This document shows, piece by piece, positions 1 through 8,349 of a stretch of DNA of 32,000 nt. Made by a program: the position numbers and the translations under genes. This DNA comes from Bdellovibrionales bacterium (lineage in GTDB: Bacteria > Bdellovibrionota > Bdellovibrionia > Bdellovibrionales > UBA1609): positions 150,001 through 182,000 of the forward strand of contig OZ252021.1 of assembly GCA_965247685.1 (NCBI GenBank), given 5' to 3'. Numbering within the stretch: the first letter of the stretch is position 1; every line of letters begins with the position of its first letter. The notes beneath the pieces were generated by a model, which ran no database searches, was not told the DNA's origin, and saw only the letters and a list, made by a program, of their open reading frames with translations.

Positions 1-135
1 GTTTTCCCTTCTGGAGAAGAAATGGTTCAAAAATTAAAAAGTACCGGTTGTTTTAAAAGTATTTCTTTCCATTCTCTAATAGGAGGAGTCAGTTTTATAT
101 ATAAAGCTCAAGTCCATGACTCTCATACAAACTAA
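1..135 (+). CDS. 3' end of a CDS truncated by the window edge; tail resembles UbiE/MenG-type class I SAM-dependent methyltransferases
   Basis: Frame +1 is open from base 1 to TAA 133-135 (VFPSGEEMVQKLKSTGCFKSISFHSLIGGVSFIYKAQVHDSHTN*). The pattern (..aGF..v....l.gGv..i..a.k) is typical of UbiE/MenG C-termini. Only 44 codons are visible. It converges on aroC and overlaps its stop by 4 nt. Confidence 0.35.
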   Translation, partial: VFPSGEEMVQKLKSTGCFKSISFHSLIGGVSFIYKAQVHDSHTN

Positions 136-1136
136 ACTCGATCGAGTCTTTGAGCTAAAATTTGATCTGCTAAAACAAGATATACCATAGCCTCTAAAAC
201 AGGAAGTGCTCTTGGAATGACACAAGGATCATGTCTTCCTTCTTTAGCCACTTTCCCTAAAGAAGAAGGAGGTTTAAACGAAACATTGAGATCAATATTT
301 TCTCCAGTGGAAATTCCTCCTCGAATTCCAGAATAATGAGAAGAACTTTTGTGAAAATCCTGACCAGATAAAGATTCATTCGCATTACCTAGAGAAATTT
401 TATAAACAGTTCCAATACTCATTAAAGCTTGAGTTAAATCTGATTTTAATTTCTTAAAAATAGGCTGCCCGAGTCCTTTTGGCAGACCTTGAATTTGAAC
501 GGCAGCTTTTCCGCCATAACTTTGACCCTCTTTTTTCGCTCTTATAAGCATATCTTTTATCTTCTCTGATTTTTCCTTATGAGGAAAATAAGCCGGATAA
601 TTCTCTAAATGCTTATGTGTGAGTTTTTCTGTATCTATATCTCCTAATTGATGATTTCCTATTTGAGTCGCATATGAGAAAACTCTCAAATTCGGGTAAA
701 GTTCTTTGACAAACATACAAGCAACAGCTCCACCCATAACTCGTGAAACAGTCTCTCTTGCTGAAGCTCTTCCTCCCCCTCGCACATCTGCATGCAAGAA
801 TTTTTCTTTCCATAAGTCATCTGCATGACCTTTTCGAGGATTTTTTTTAATGGATTCATAATCTATACTTTTTTGATTTTGATTTTCCACAATCATTGCA
901 ATAGGAGTCCCTAAAGTTATATTCTCAAATACACCACTAAGTACTTGAGGAGCATCACTTTCTTTTCGTGCTGTTTGCCATGGAAATCTTCCAGGTCTTC
1001 TTCGATTCAAATGTTCTTGCAGCAGATCTATAGAAAAAGGAACGCCTGACGGGCATCCATCCACAACAACTCCCATAGCTGCTCCGTGGCTTTCTCCAAA
1101 ACTTGTTATACGAAAATATTGGCCAAAAGTATTCAT
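132..1136 (-). CDS. aroC: chorismate synthase
   Basis: 334-aa ORF with the canonical signatures GESHGAAMGVVVDGCPSG, GGGRASARET and RHDPCVIPRALPVLEAMV. It is the last gene of the aro cluster, 33 nt downstream of the fusion gene. Confidence 0.93.
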   Translation of the reverse strand: MNTFGQYFRITSFGESHGAAMGVVVDGCPSGVPFSIDLLQEHLNRRRPGRFPWQTARKESDAPQVLSGVFENITLGTPIAMIVENQNQKSIDYESIKKNPRKGHADDLWKEKFLHADVRGGGRASARETVSRVMGGAVACMFVKELYPNLRVFSYATQIGNHQLGDIDTEKLTHKHLENYPAYFPHKEKSEKIKDMLIRAKKEGQSYGGKAAVQIQGLPKGLGQPIFKKLKSDLTQALMSIGTVYKISLGNANESLSGQDFHKSSSHYSGIRGGISTGENIDLNVSFKPPSSLGKVAKEGRHDPCVIPRALPVLEAMVYLVLADQILAQRLDRV

Positions 1137-1169
1137 GAAACTTCACTTACTTATAATAGATAATAGTTG

Positions 1170-3146
1170 TTAAGGACAATTGAAATATTTAAAAAGACTT
1201 CTTTGCCACTCTGCTTGGATTTTAAACCACATATGTCCCGAAATATATTCCGATTGAGTTCTTATTGCATATTCTCGGGCTGGAGAATCCTCTATATAAT
1301 TCAAATCAAGAATATAAGAAGGCTTCCAATCTGAGGGAGGATAAACGCAATGAGACATACGATTTCGACCTACAGCCCACACTAAAATATCAGGAGCTTC
1401 TTTGGATCCTTTTCTGATTTGACCGCTTCGGGCAGAGTAAAAAGAAAATTTGAAACTATTTTTTTGAAAATCAAAATCTTTATCAAGATATTTTAAAAGT
1501 TTTTCTTCTGTGAAAGTTTTTTCCAAAACATTCAGAACTCCTCCTCCTCCCCACACCGCTACGGATAAACTTTTCTTCTTGTGTTTGCTTATATTCTCGA
1601 TCCACATTCTTAAAAACAATGCTCCATAAACATCTGTATTAAAGCCTTTCCATTTTCCTTTGATCAAAATGATCGTATTCAAAGATTTCCAGTCTAAATC
1701 ACTCAGACAGAGTTTAAGATTTGAGAAACTATGAGTAGTGACTTGTGGATTTGTATCCCTCTCTTGAGAATTGAACTCTTTAAAGAGTTGATAAAAACTC
1801 TTTTTTAATGGAGATGTAATAGCTGCAAATTTCATACCCAAATTTTCTAAAATTTTTAAATTCAAAGAGTTCGCTTCTTTTTCCTTCATCAAAATTTTCA
1901 ATGTAAGAAGTTGCTTATCTTTAAAAAATAAAAATTGTTCAGAAGGAGTGATAGAGTGCTCAATAGGATTCCCTAACACACAAGCAAAACCTTTTGGTGA
2001 AGAATGGGTTACAAACCGACAGGCTTCTGCTATCACGGGTTGATCCAAAACCCCTTGATGAGTATCTTCTCGAAGAAAATAAATCAATTGCTGAGTTCCA
2101 AATAGGAGCCGATACCACTTCCACCTTCCATCAGCAGATCGAGGATGAAAAGAGCGATTTCCTTCTTTTTGCCATAAGTACCCTTTCCACAACTCTTCAA
2201 AAGAAAATATTTCGACAGCCAGCTTGCAATGAATATTTTTTTCTTTAGGAAATTTATTGAACAAAGATTCCAAAGTCTCGTCTTTTTCTCTAGTATGCAA
2301 AGAGTATATAGGTTGGGAGATTTTTTTAAAGAATGTATTCTCCAAACCCCACTCTAACGGCCAATCTATAGTCATCTCCTGAGAAGAAGAGTTGACCATC
2401 TTTTCCAAATAAGATTTAAAATGAGAATCTTTTTTTTCTCTAAAACTAAATAAAAGGTTTTGAATAGGTATTTTTTTTAACACTTTTTCTATAGAAGAGA
2501 TCGAAATCTCACTATTTTTTAATTCAAAAAACCTAAAACCCATTTGAATTTTATGATTCAAAAAGTTTTCTAGCTTCTCTTCATTAGGAAATTGTTTTTC
2601 TTGAAGAGTCAAAACACCATTAGTAAAAGGTAGACTTTTTTCTCCAAAAAACACCTGATCCTCTACTCCAAAACCTTGAAATCCATCCAAACGAGTCCAC
2701 ACTAAATCTCTTTGGCTTTGGTATAAAAGCTCTCTTTTTTTATATAATTCCTGATACTCACTCAAAGAGTCTTTATTTGAAAGAAGACGAGGACGATTAA
2801 AAAAAATTCTCCCATCGGAATCGCTTGTTCTTTTGAGGTGAATCACAGTACAAAAGTGAGGAATATCATCACTATACCCTGCACCTAAAGAAATCAATAC
2901 AATTCCATTAAAGTTTTTTGATTTTTGAAGACATTGCTGAAAAACTTTTTTCTCTACTTTTCTAAATGAGCTCTCTCCTTTTTCAAAAAGATGAAAAATT
3001 GTTTTTTGAGTCTTTTTCTCAATTTGTTGATCCACATCAAAGGTTAAAATAGGTAAATGATTTTCTTCAAAATGATTCTGAACAGTTTTTATCCATGAGG
3101 TTTTACCAGTCCCTCGATGACCAATAATCACATAAATATTTTTCAC
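1170..3146 (-). CDS. fused shikimate kinase / type I 3-dehydroquinate dehydratase / shikimate dehydrogenase (AroK-AroD-AroE-like)
   Basis: 658 aa. The N-terminus has the P-loop GHRGTGKTS, then FDVDQQIE...IFHLFEKGESSFRKVE and RPRL, which follow the shikimate kinase pattern. The middle has IDWPLEW...IYSLHTRE...HCKLAVE (divergent type I dehydroquinase pattern). The C-terminal third has VLGNPIEHSITPSEQ, AAITSPLKKS and FNTDVYG (AroE motifs). The start overlaps the aroA stop by 4 nt. Confidence 0.75.
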   Translation of the reverse strand: MKNIYVIIGHRGTGKTSWIKTVQNHFEENHLPILTFDVDQQIEKKTQKTIFHLFEKGESSFRKVEKKVFQQCLQKSKNFNGIVLISLGAGYSDDIPHFCTVIHLKRTSDSDGRIFFNRPRLLSNKDSLSEYQELYKKRELLYQSQRDLVWTRLDGFQGFGVEDQVFFGEKSLPFTNGVLTLQEKQFPNEEKLENFLNHKIQMGFRFFELKNSEISISSIEKVLKKIPIQNLLFSFREKKDSHFKSYLEKMVNSSSQEMTIDWPLEWGLENTFFKKISQPIYSLHTREKDETLESLFNKFPKEKNIHCKLAVEIFSFEELWKGYLWQKEGNRSFHPRSADGRWKWYRLLFGTQQLIYFLREDTHQGVLDQPVIAEACRFVTHSSPKGFACVLGNPIEHSITPSEQFLFFKDKQLLTLKILMKEKEANSLNLKILENLGMKFAAITSPLKKSFYQLFKEFNSQERDTNPQVTTHSFSNLKLCLSDLDWKSLNTIILIKGKWKGFNTDVYGALFLRMWIENISKHKKKSLSVAVWGGGGVLNVLEKTFTEEKLLKYLDKDFDFQKNSFKFSFYSARSGQIRKGSKEAPDILVWAVGRNRMSHCVYPPSDWKPSYILDLNYIEDSPAREYAIRTQSEYISGHMWFKIQAEWQRSLFKYFNCP

Positions 3147-4321
3147 GATATATCACCAATAATATTCCAAAATTCAGGAAAACTTTTATTCACACAATCC
3201 AAATTTTTAATCTTCATTTTAAAATTAGCATAATGAAGAAGAGCTGCGGCCATTGCCATGCGATGATCTTTTTTTGGATCAAAATCGATCTCTTGACCTC
3301 TCCCATCTTTTGTATCCCCTATTATTTTAAGTCCACTAGATGTACACTCCGTTGTTCTCCCTATTTTTTGAAGAAGTTCTACAGTTAAATGCAGTCGATC
3401 GCTTTCTTTAAACTTTAAATGAGGAATATTATAAAGAAAACTTTCCCCTTCAGATAAAGCGCAAAGAACAGCTAAAGAAGGGAAAAGATCAGGATTTCGA
3501 GACAAATCAGCATTCAAACTTTTTTTATTTTGAGTAGAAGAAATTATAAGCGATTGACCTTTTGTTTCCACCGAAACTCCCATTCGAGAAAGCAAAGAAG
3601 GGAAAACAGAGTCAGGTTGAATACTATTTTCACACCATGAAGTAAAAATAGCTTTTCCGCTTAAGCTTGCGAAACACGCCAAAGCAAATAAGCAACTCAT
3701 ATCAGGTTCTATTTCGTAGGATTTGGTATGAATCATTTGACTTGCAGGAACAATAAACTCTGGAAATTTTCCTTTAATGTTCACACCTATTTTTTTTAAA
3801 AATGACACTGTCATCTCCAAGTAGGCTAAAGAAACCGGAGGTCCTTCTAAAGAAATAAACACATCTTCATTGAAGCCAAAGCTATTCATCAATAATGCTG
3901 AAGCAAACTGACTAGAAACATCCGAGGAAAAAGTAATCGCATCTCCCTGAAGACGCCATCCCTGACTCTGAATGCTCAGAGTTTGATCATTTTGGAATTG
4001 AGCTTTCACTCCTAATTGAGTGAGTATTTGAACTAAGTGTTGATGAGGTCTTTGAAGTAAAGAGGAAGTCCCAGAAAGGATATATTCTCCTTTTTGACGA
4101 CTCACTCTTAATGCCATAAAACGAAAAGCAGTTGCAGATGAACCACAAAAAATATTGTTTTGATTTGATTTAAAATGATGTAATGCCTGCCTCATTACTT
4201 GAGCATCTTCGCAACGGCTCTCTCCAATGACATTAAAATCAGAAAAATAACTCTGAACAAGATAAGCCCTATTAATGAGAGATTTAGAATAAGGGCCTTG
4301 TCCAATATAAGAAAAACTCAT
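3143..4321 (-). CDS. aroA: 3-phosphoshikimate 1-carboxyvinyltransferase (EPSP synthase)
   Basis: 392 aa with SKSLINRAYL near the N-terminus, FKESDRLHLTVELLQKIG and DHRMAMAAALL near the C-terminus. ATGA-type 4-nt overlaps on both sides (with aroB and the fusion gene). Confidence 0.9.
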   Translation of the reverse strand: MSFSYIGQGPYSKSLINRAYLVQSYFSDFNVIGESRCEDAQVMRQALHHFKSNQNNIFCGSSATAFRFMALRVSRQKGEYILSGTSSLLQRPHQHLVQILTQLGVKAQFQNDQTLSIQSQGWRLQGDAITFSSDVSSQFASALLMNSFGFNEDVFISLEGPPVSLAYLEMTVSFLKKIGVNIKGKFPEFIVPASQMIHTKSYEIEPDMSCLFALACFASLSGKAIFTSWCENSIQPDSVFPSLLSRMGVSVETKGQSLIISSTQNKKSLNADLSRNPDLFPSLAVLCALSEGESFLYNIPHLKFKESDRLHLTVELLQKIGRTTECTSSGLKIIGDTKDGRGQEIDFDPKKDHRMAMAAALLHYANFKMKIKNLDCVNKSFPEFWNIIGDIS

Positions 4322-5337
4322 ACCTTCCTTGCAAAGTTGAGAATATCATCCATCAAAACTTTCTTCACTACCGGCTGCCCTACACCTTTTAAAAAAACAA
4401 ATTCTATTTCTTGAGAAGATATCGCTTTTTTATCCATTTTTAATAACTTTTCTAATGAATATATAGGAATAGGTTGAATACGAGTCACACGAGTATAGTG
4501 ACTAATGAGATCTTTAATCTCCTGAGCAAGTTTTACACTCAAAAACTTTTGATTCACACTCCAATCTATTGAAAATAACATTCCCATTGCAACAGCTTTT
4601 CCATGAGGAATTTGATGGTAAGACTCTAGGCAATGCCCCACAGTGTGTCCAAAATTTAAAATTCGACGAATACCTTTTTTTTCAAAAGGATCTTGGTTCA
4701 CAATATGCCATTTAGATTTTATAGATTCCTCCATAAGACTCCAAATAAACTCAAAATGAGGAGGGGTTTTTCTTTTCAACTTTGCATAAAGTCTATTTTT
4801 CTGAATCAAAGCCATCTTTAACAGCTCTCCATATGCAGAAAATATTTCAGACTTCCTGACAGTTTGTATAAGATTTTTAATAATTAATATCTTTTTTGGA
4901 AAATGATAAGTTCCCAAAACATTTTTGACGGAGCCTATATTGAGAGCTGTCTTTCCCCCATGACTGGCATCTAATGCAGAAAGTAAAGTTGTGGGAATAA
5001 AATAAACAGGCGTGCCCCTCTTATAAAGACTAGAAAAAAAACCAACAAAATCTGTCACACTTCCCCCTCCCACTCCGATAAAAGCCTTTGGAAGAAAGGT
5101 TTGTTTAGAAATAGACTTAGAGATTTTTTGCACCAAATATGGAAAATGATTCAAATCTTTCAGCTTTTCTCCTGCAGACAAAAAGCAAACAGAAGGACTC
5201 TTCCAAGGAACATCTTTTTTTAAACGGCTATCACATATTATAAACACTTCACCATATTGTTTTTTTAAGCTCCTCAATGAAGGACATTTCTTCAAAAAAC
5301 TAACAGATGTACGTTCTAAAAAAGATACAGAATTCAC
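4318..5337 (-). CDS. aroB: 3-dehydroquinate synthase
   Basis: 339 aa with GVGGGSVTDFVGFFSSLYKRG (NAD-binding glycine motif), NFGHTVGH and HGKAVAMGM (metal-binding His motifs). First gene of the cluster. Confidence 0.9.
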   Translation of the reverse strand: MNSVSFLERTSVSFLKKCPSLRSLKKQYGEVFIICDSRLKKDVPWKSPSVCFLSAGEKLKDLNHFPYLVQKISKSISKQTFLPKAFIGVGGGSVTDFVGFFSSLYKRGTPVYFIPTTLLSALDASHGGKTALNIGSVKNVLGTYHFPKKILIIKNLIQTVRKSEIFSAYGELLKMALIQKNRLYAKLKRKTPPHFEFIWSLMEESIKSKWHIVNQDPFEKKGIRRILNFGHTVGHCLESYHQIPHGKAVAMGMLFSIDWSVNQKFLSVKLAQEIKDLISHYTRVTRIQPIPIYSLEKLLKMDKKAISSQEIEFVFLKGVGQPVVKKVLMDDILNFARKV

Positions 5338-5674
5338 TTTGCTACCTGCAATGAATGTGCATTGTTTTGAAAAACCTTTTTCTAAATGCCATTTAACACT
5401 CTTCTAAAAATTCTACAATTAAACTAAAAAACAAAATAACCAGAATTTCTTTTTCTCAGTATACACTTCCCTTGATCTGCAGCAGATAAACTTTCTTTCC
5501 TACTTTCAAAGCCTCATTCGCCTAGCAGTTTGGAATTAAAAGGAGCAAACCTAGATGGATTGTAGAAAAAAAAGGAACGACTTTCATTAAAAAAGCTAGT
5601 CCATTTTTACCATTTTAATTTCCCAAAAGTTACAAGAAGCCTTAGAAGAGCTGAACAGTGTATTATTCAGTTCT

Positions 5675-6220
5675 TTATAGATACCACTGCATTCCAACAG
5701 TTAAATATAAGTGCGGACTGAGCCATCCTTCTTCATCAGGCCGCCGCCTTTCATTAGATAAAGTATATCTTTCACGTGACGTCGTTATAATCAGTCCATT
5801 GCTCAAACCTATCCTTAGAAGAGCATGAAAACCTCCATCCGTAATACGTCTTCTCAAAAATAGTCCTATGTCATGTCCAATATTGATATTAATTCCACCT
5901 CCTTCTTCACTCCCTCCAAGAGAAAAATAGGTATCAACACCATAACTCAAATTAGAACTGGAATCAAAATCGTAGGAATATCCAAAAAGGAGTGGCATCC
6001 TCGCTGCTCGATAACCAGATAAACCTATATTAAACGCACCCACATACTGATCTTGTAAAATATTCCCTCCATAAGATATAAATAACGGATAATTGAATTC
6101 TGTCAGTCTTGTATCAACAGATAGACCCAAATTAAACGAAAGAAAACCTCCTAACTTACCTAATCCTCTTGCTTGAGTACAGAATCCTGTAAACAACAAT
6201 ATCATCAACAAGTACTTCAC
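5675..6220 (-). CDS. hypothetical exported protein, possible small beta-barrel outer membrane protein
   Basis: 181 aa with the signal-like N-terminus MKYLLMILLFTGFCTQARG. Gly/Ser/Tyr-rich alternating segments and a C-terminal aromatic end (..GMQWYL). No recognised domain. Confidence 0.4.
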   Translation of the reverse strand: MKYLLMILLFTGFCTQARGLGKLGGFLSFNLGLSVDTRLTEFNYPLFISYGGNILQDQYVGAFNIGLSGYRAARMPLLFGYSYDFDSSSNLSYGVDTYFSLGGSEEGGGININIGHDIGLFLRRRITDGGFHALLRIGLSNGLIITTSRERYTLSNERRRPDEEGWLSPHLYLTVGMQWYL

Positions 6221-6545
6221 GAGAAACCTCCTAGAATATATCTGATATGAATGCTATAGAATTTTGGAAATTATGTCAACAGTATAAAAATTATGGAGAG
6301 AGAATAGACCTTTGGCATAATTATTGGACAGGTAAATATTTAAATTTCATTAAAAATCTTCCTTTTTTTAAATCATTTTAGATTAATTAATTTTTCTAAA
6401 AGACTGTTTCTTTATTTATGGATTACTTAAAAATTTCCTCGCTCTAGATACCATGATCTGCTGGAGTCTAACTGATTTTTCAAATTCTCCCAATCTGTAA
6501 AGAGAAAAATTGCTCGTGATCAAAATAAAAAAATGATCATTAATG

Positions 6546-6872
6546 AAATGAAAAAATATTCATTCTTCGCTCACAGCTTAATACAAAGAAAAATATCAGA
6601 GTGTCTTTTATTCTAAAAAGAAGAGAGGCTCACTTATTGTTAGGTAGAAAAGATCTGAATCTTTCCTTATAATCAATTTTGAAACATTTAAAACACTTTG
6701 ATTTGTAAAATTTTCACTTTGTAAAATTTTCACTATCTTATAAGAATTTTAGAGAAAATAAATTGAATAAGATAACCTCCTGAACAATATATCTAAGAAA
6801 AATTTACAAAGCATAGAAATTATTATAGACACTATGATTAATTTATACTAATAACAAATGAACTCCAAACAA
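6546..6872 (+). repeat. copy A of a ~325-nt duplicated noncoding leader (partner at 12238-12560)
   Basis: By-eye alignment to 12238-12560 shows long identical blocks: aaatgaaaaaata.tcattcttcgctcacagcttaatacaaagaaaaatatca, ctcacttattgttag, actttgatttgtaaaattttcact, gaaaataaattgaataa.ataacctcc, tagacactatga.taat.tatactaa, caaatgaact. There are a few indels. Copy A has an extra internal duplication of ttgtaaaattttcact. It ends ~10 nt before the TTG start at 6883. Confidence 0.85.
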
Positions 6873-6882
6873 GGAAAATAGA

Positions 6883-8349
6883 TTGAAAATCACCTGCAAA
6901 TATCTTCTGTTTTTATTTTTTGCGCCTTTACTGACTTCAGGATGTGGAGTTTTCACAGAGAAACCACAGAAAGTAAGTGACATATGCAGTCATGCCAATA
7001 GGCTCGATCAAGATTATTTAGAATGTGGAATAAGCCTTGAGATGAATACACCTGGAACAATTAAGCTCAAACTGTCTGGAAAAAACGATCTGCTCAAAAG
7101 CCTGAAAGGACAAGAACTATCATTAGTTACAGAAGCAGACCTTTCAAATAACCCAGAAATGATATCTATTCCTGAATTTATTCATCATTTCCCAAATCTA
7201 AAAACTCTCAATATTTCTCATACTAAAATTTCCAGTTGGGATGAGAATATCTGCCAGCTTGAAAAACTAGAAAAACTCATTGGAAGAAATAACCACTACG
7301 TGGATGATGAGGTACCCTTTCATACTTTCTGCCTTAAAAATCTAAAAGTTCTGGATATGTCTGACAGTCACATTCGGTATGTAGATGAATACATCGGAAA
7401 ACTCACTCACCTCAAAGAATTACACCTATCCGGCAATGACTTAATTCTTGCCCCCTTTATGCTCGTTTCACTAAAGAACTTACAACTAGTAGATTTTCAA
7501 GATAATTCACAATTTATTAATGAAGACTTAGCAACAATACAAAGTTGTGAAGATGAAGATGATGATGACAAAGAAGATTGTCAGGAAGATATTGCGGAGT
7601 CTTTTGAATGTGAGTTTTTTAACCCTATTCCATTTCAAAGAAAAAAACCTTTTAGAACACTATACATAGACCTCGTAGATTCCAGTGAAGTTATTTCAAA
7701 AGCTTGTGAAGAGGATAATTCTCCCATTTGCCCTCATTTTGTAAAACCTTGTAAACATATTACTAATGGAGTTCAAAGAAGAGAATGTATGCTCAATGAA
7801 TTTGAGAGCTTAAATATACATCCAGATCTATGGATTAATAGGGATAGATGTTATACATCTTGGGCAAAATGGTATAATGATTTTGAAGAATTTCCAGAAC
7901 TTTTAGAGTATTCTCTAGCTGGCAGAACCATTAGAGAGTTGCTATTTAGAACTAACTATAGTGAAGATAGATATAAGGATTCCTTAGGAAGAAAAATATT
8001 TGGAAAAGCTTATGGCGGTCCCGATATGACTTGTAATGTCTGGAACCCTGTTTCGGATATCGATTTTGAATTGTTTGGGATAACCCTGTTGGATAATAAG
8101 CCTGATCGAATAGGCCCTCAAAGATTCGAAGTCTTTCCTAAAATAAAGAGAGATATGTATGCTTCCGAGTTTGTCATACTTGCTAACAGAGAAGGATGGT
8201 TGGATTGGAATTTTTTTTATGACGAAGAAACGAAGCGATCAAAATCTATAGACTATATCAGTCAAACGAATCAATGTCCTCACTTGCCAGAGATAAGGGA
8301 AAAAGTGAAAAGATGGATGGAGGAAGTATGGGGCAAAGAACAAAATTAA
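6883..8349 (+). CDS. leucine-rich-repeat lipoprotein with acidic linker and Cys-rich C-terminal domain of unknown function
   Basis: 488 aa with a TTG start 7 nt after aagga. Lipoprotein signal MKITCKYLLFLFFAPLLTSG|C. At least 4-5 LRR units (NLKTLNISHTKIS, LEKLEKLIGRNN, NLKVLDMSDSHI, HLKELHLSGNDL, NLQLVDFQDNS). Acidic run CEDEDDDDKEDCQEDIAE. The ~250-aa C-terminal region has many Cys and Trp. Confidence 0.75.
   Translation: MKITCKYLLFLFFAPLLTSGCGVFTEKPQKVSDICSHANRLDQDYLECGISLEMNTPGTIKLKLSGKNDLLKSLKGQELSLVTEADLSNNPEMISIPEFIHHFPNLKTLNISHTKISSWDENICQLEKLEKLIGRNNHYVDDEVPFHTFCLKNLKVLDMSDSHIRYVDEYIGKLTHLKELHLSGNDLILAPFMLVSLKNLQLVDFQDNSQFINEDLATIQSCEDEDDDDKEDCQEDIAESFECEFFNPIPFQRKKPFRTLYIDLVDSSEVISKACEEDNSPICPHFVKPCKHITNGVQRRECMLNEFESLNIHPDLWINRDRCYTSWAKWYNDFEEFPELLEYSLAGRTIRELLFRTNYSEDRYKDSLGRKIFGKAYGGPDMTCNVWNPVSDIDFELFGITLLDNKPDRIGPQRFEVFPKIKRDMYASEFVILANREGWLDWNFFYDEETKRSKSIDYISQTNQCPHLPEIREKVKRWMEEVWGKEQN

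Noticed and set aside
613-4414. Short ORFs 613-813(-), 955-1146(-), 1994-2248(+) and 4199-4414(+) within the aro genes
   Set aside because: All are nested in alternative frames or strands of well-supported aro CDSs. They have no motifs or start signals.
6546-6872. Possibility that the duplicated leader is a MITE or other small mobile element
   Set aside because: I found no terminal inverted repeats and no obvious target-site duplication around copy A. Both copies are in the same orientation directly abutting gene starts. This cannot be fully excluded without genome-wide copy counts.
8274-8327. N-terminal extension of the giant ORF (track start at 8274, MSSLARDKGKSEKMDGGS...)
   Set aside because: The extension lies entirely inside the LRR gene, has no ribosome-binding site and would bury the signal peptide. 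ATG 8328 (GGAGGA just upstream) or ATG 8313 is more plausible.
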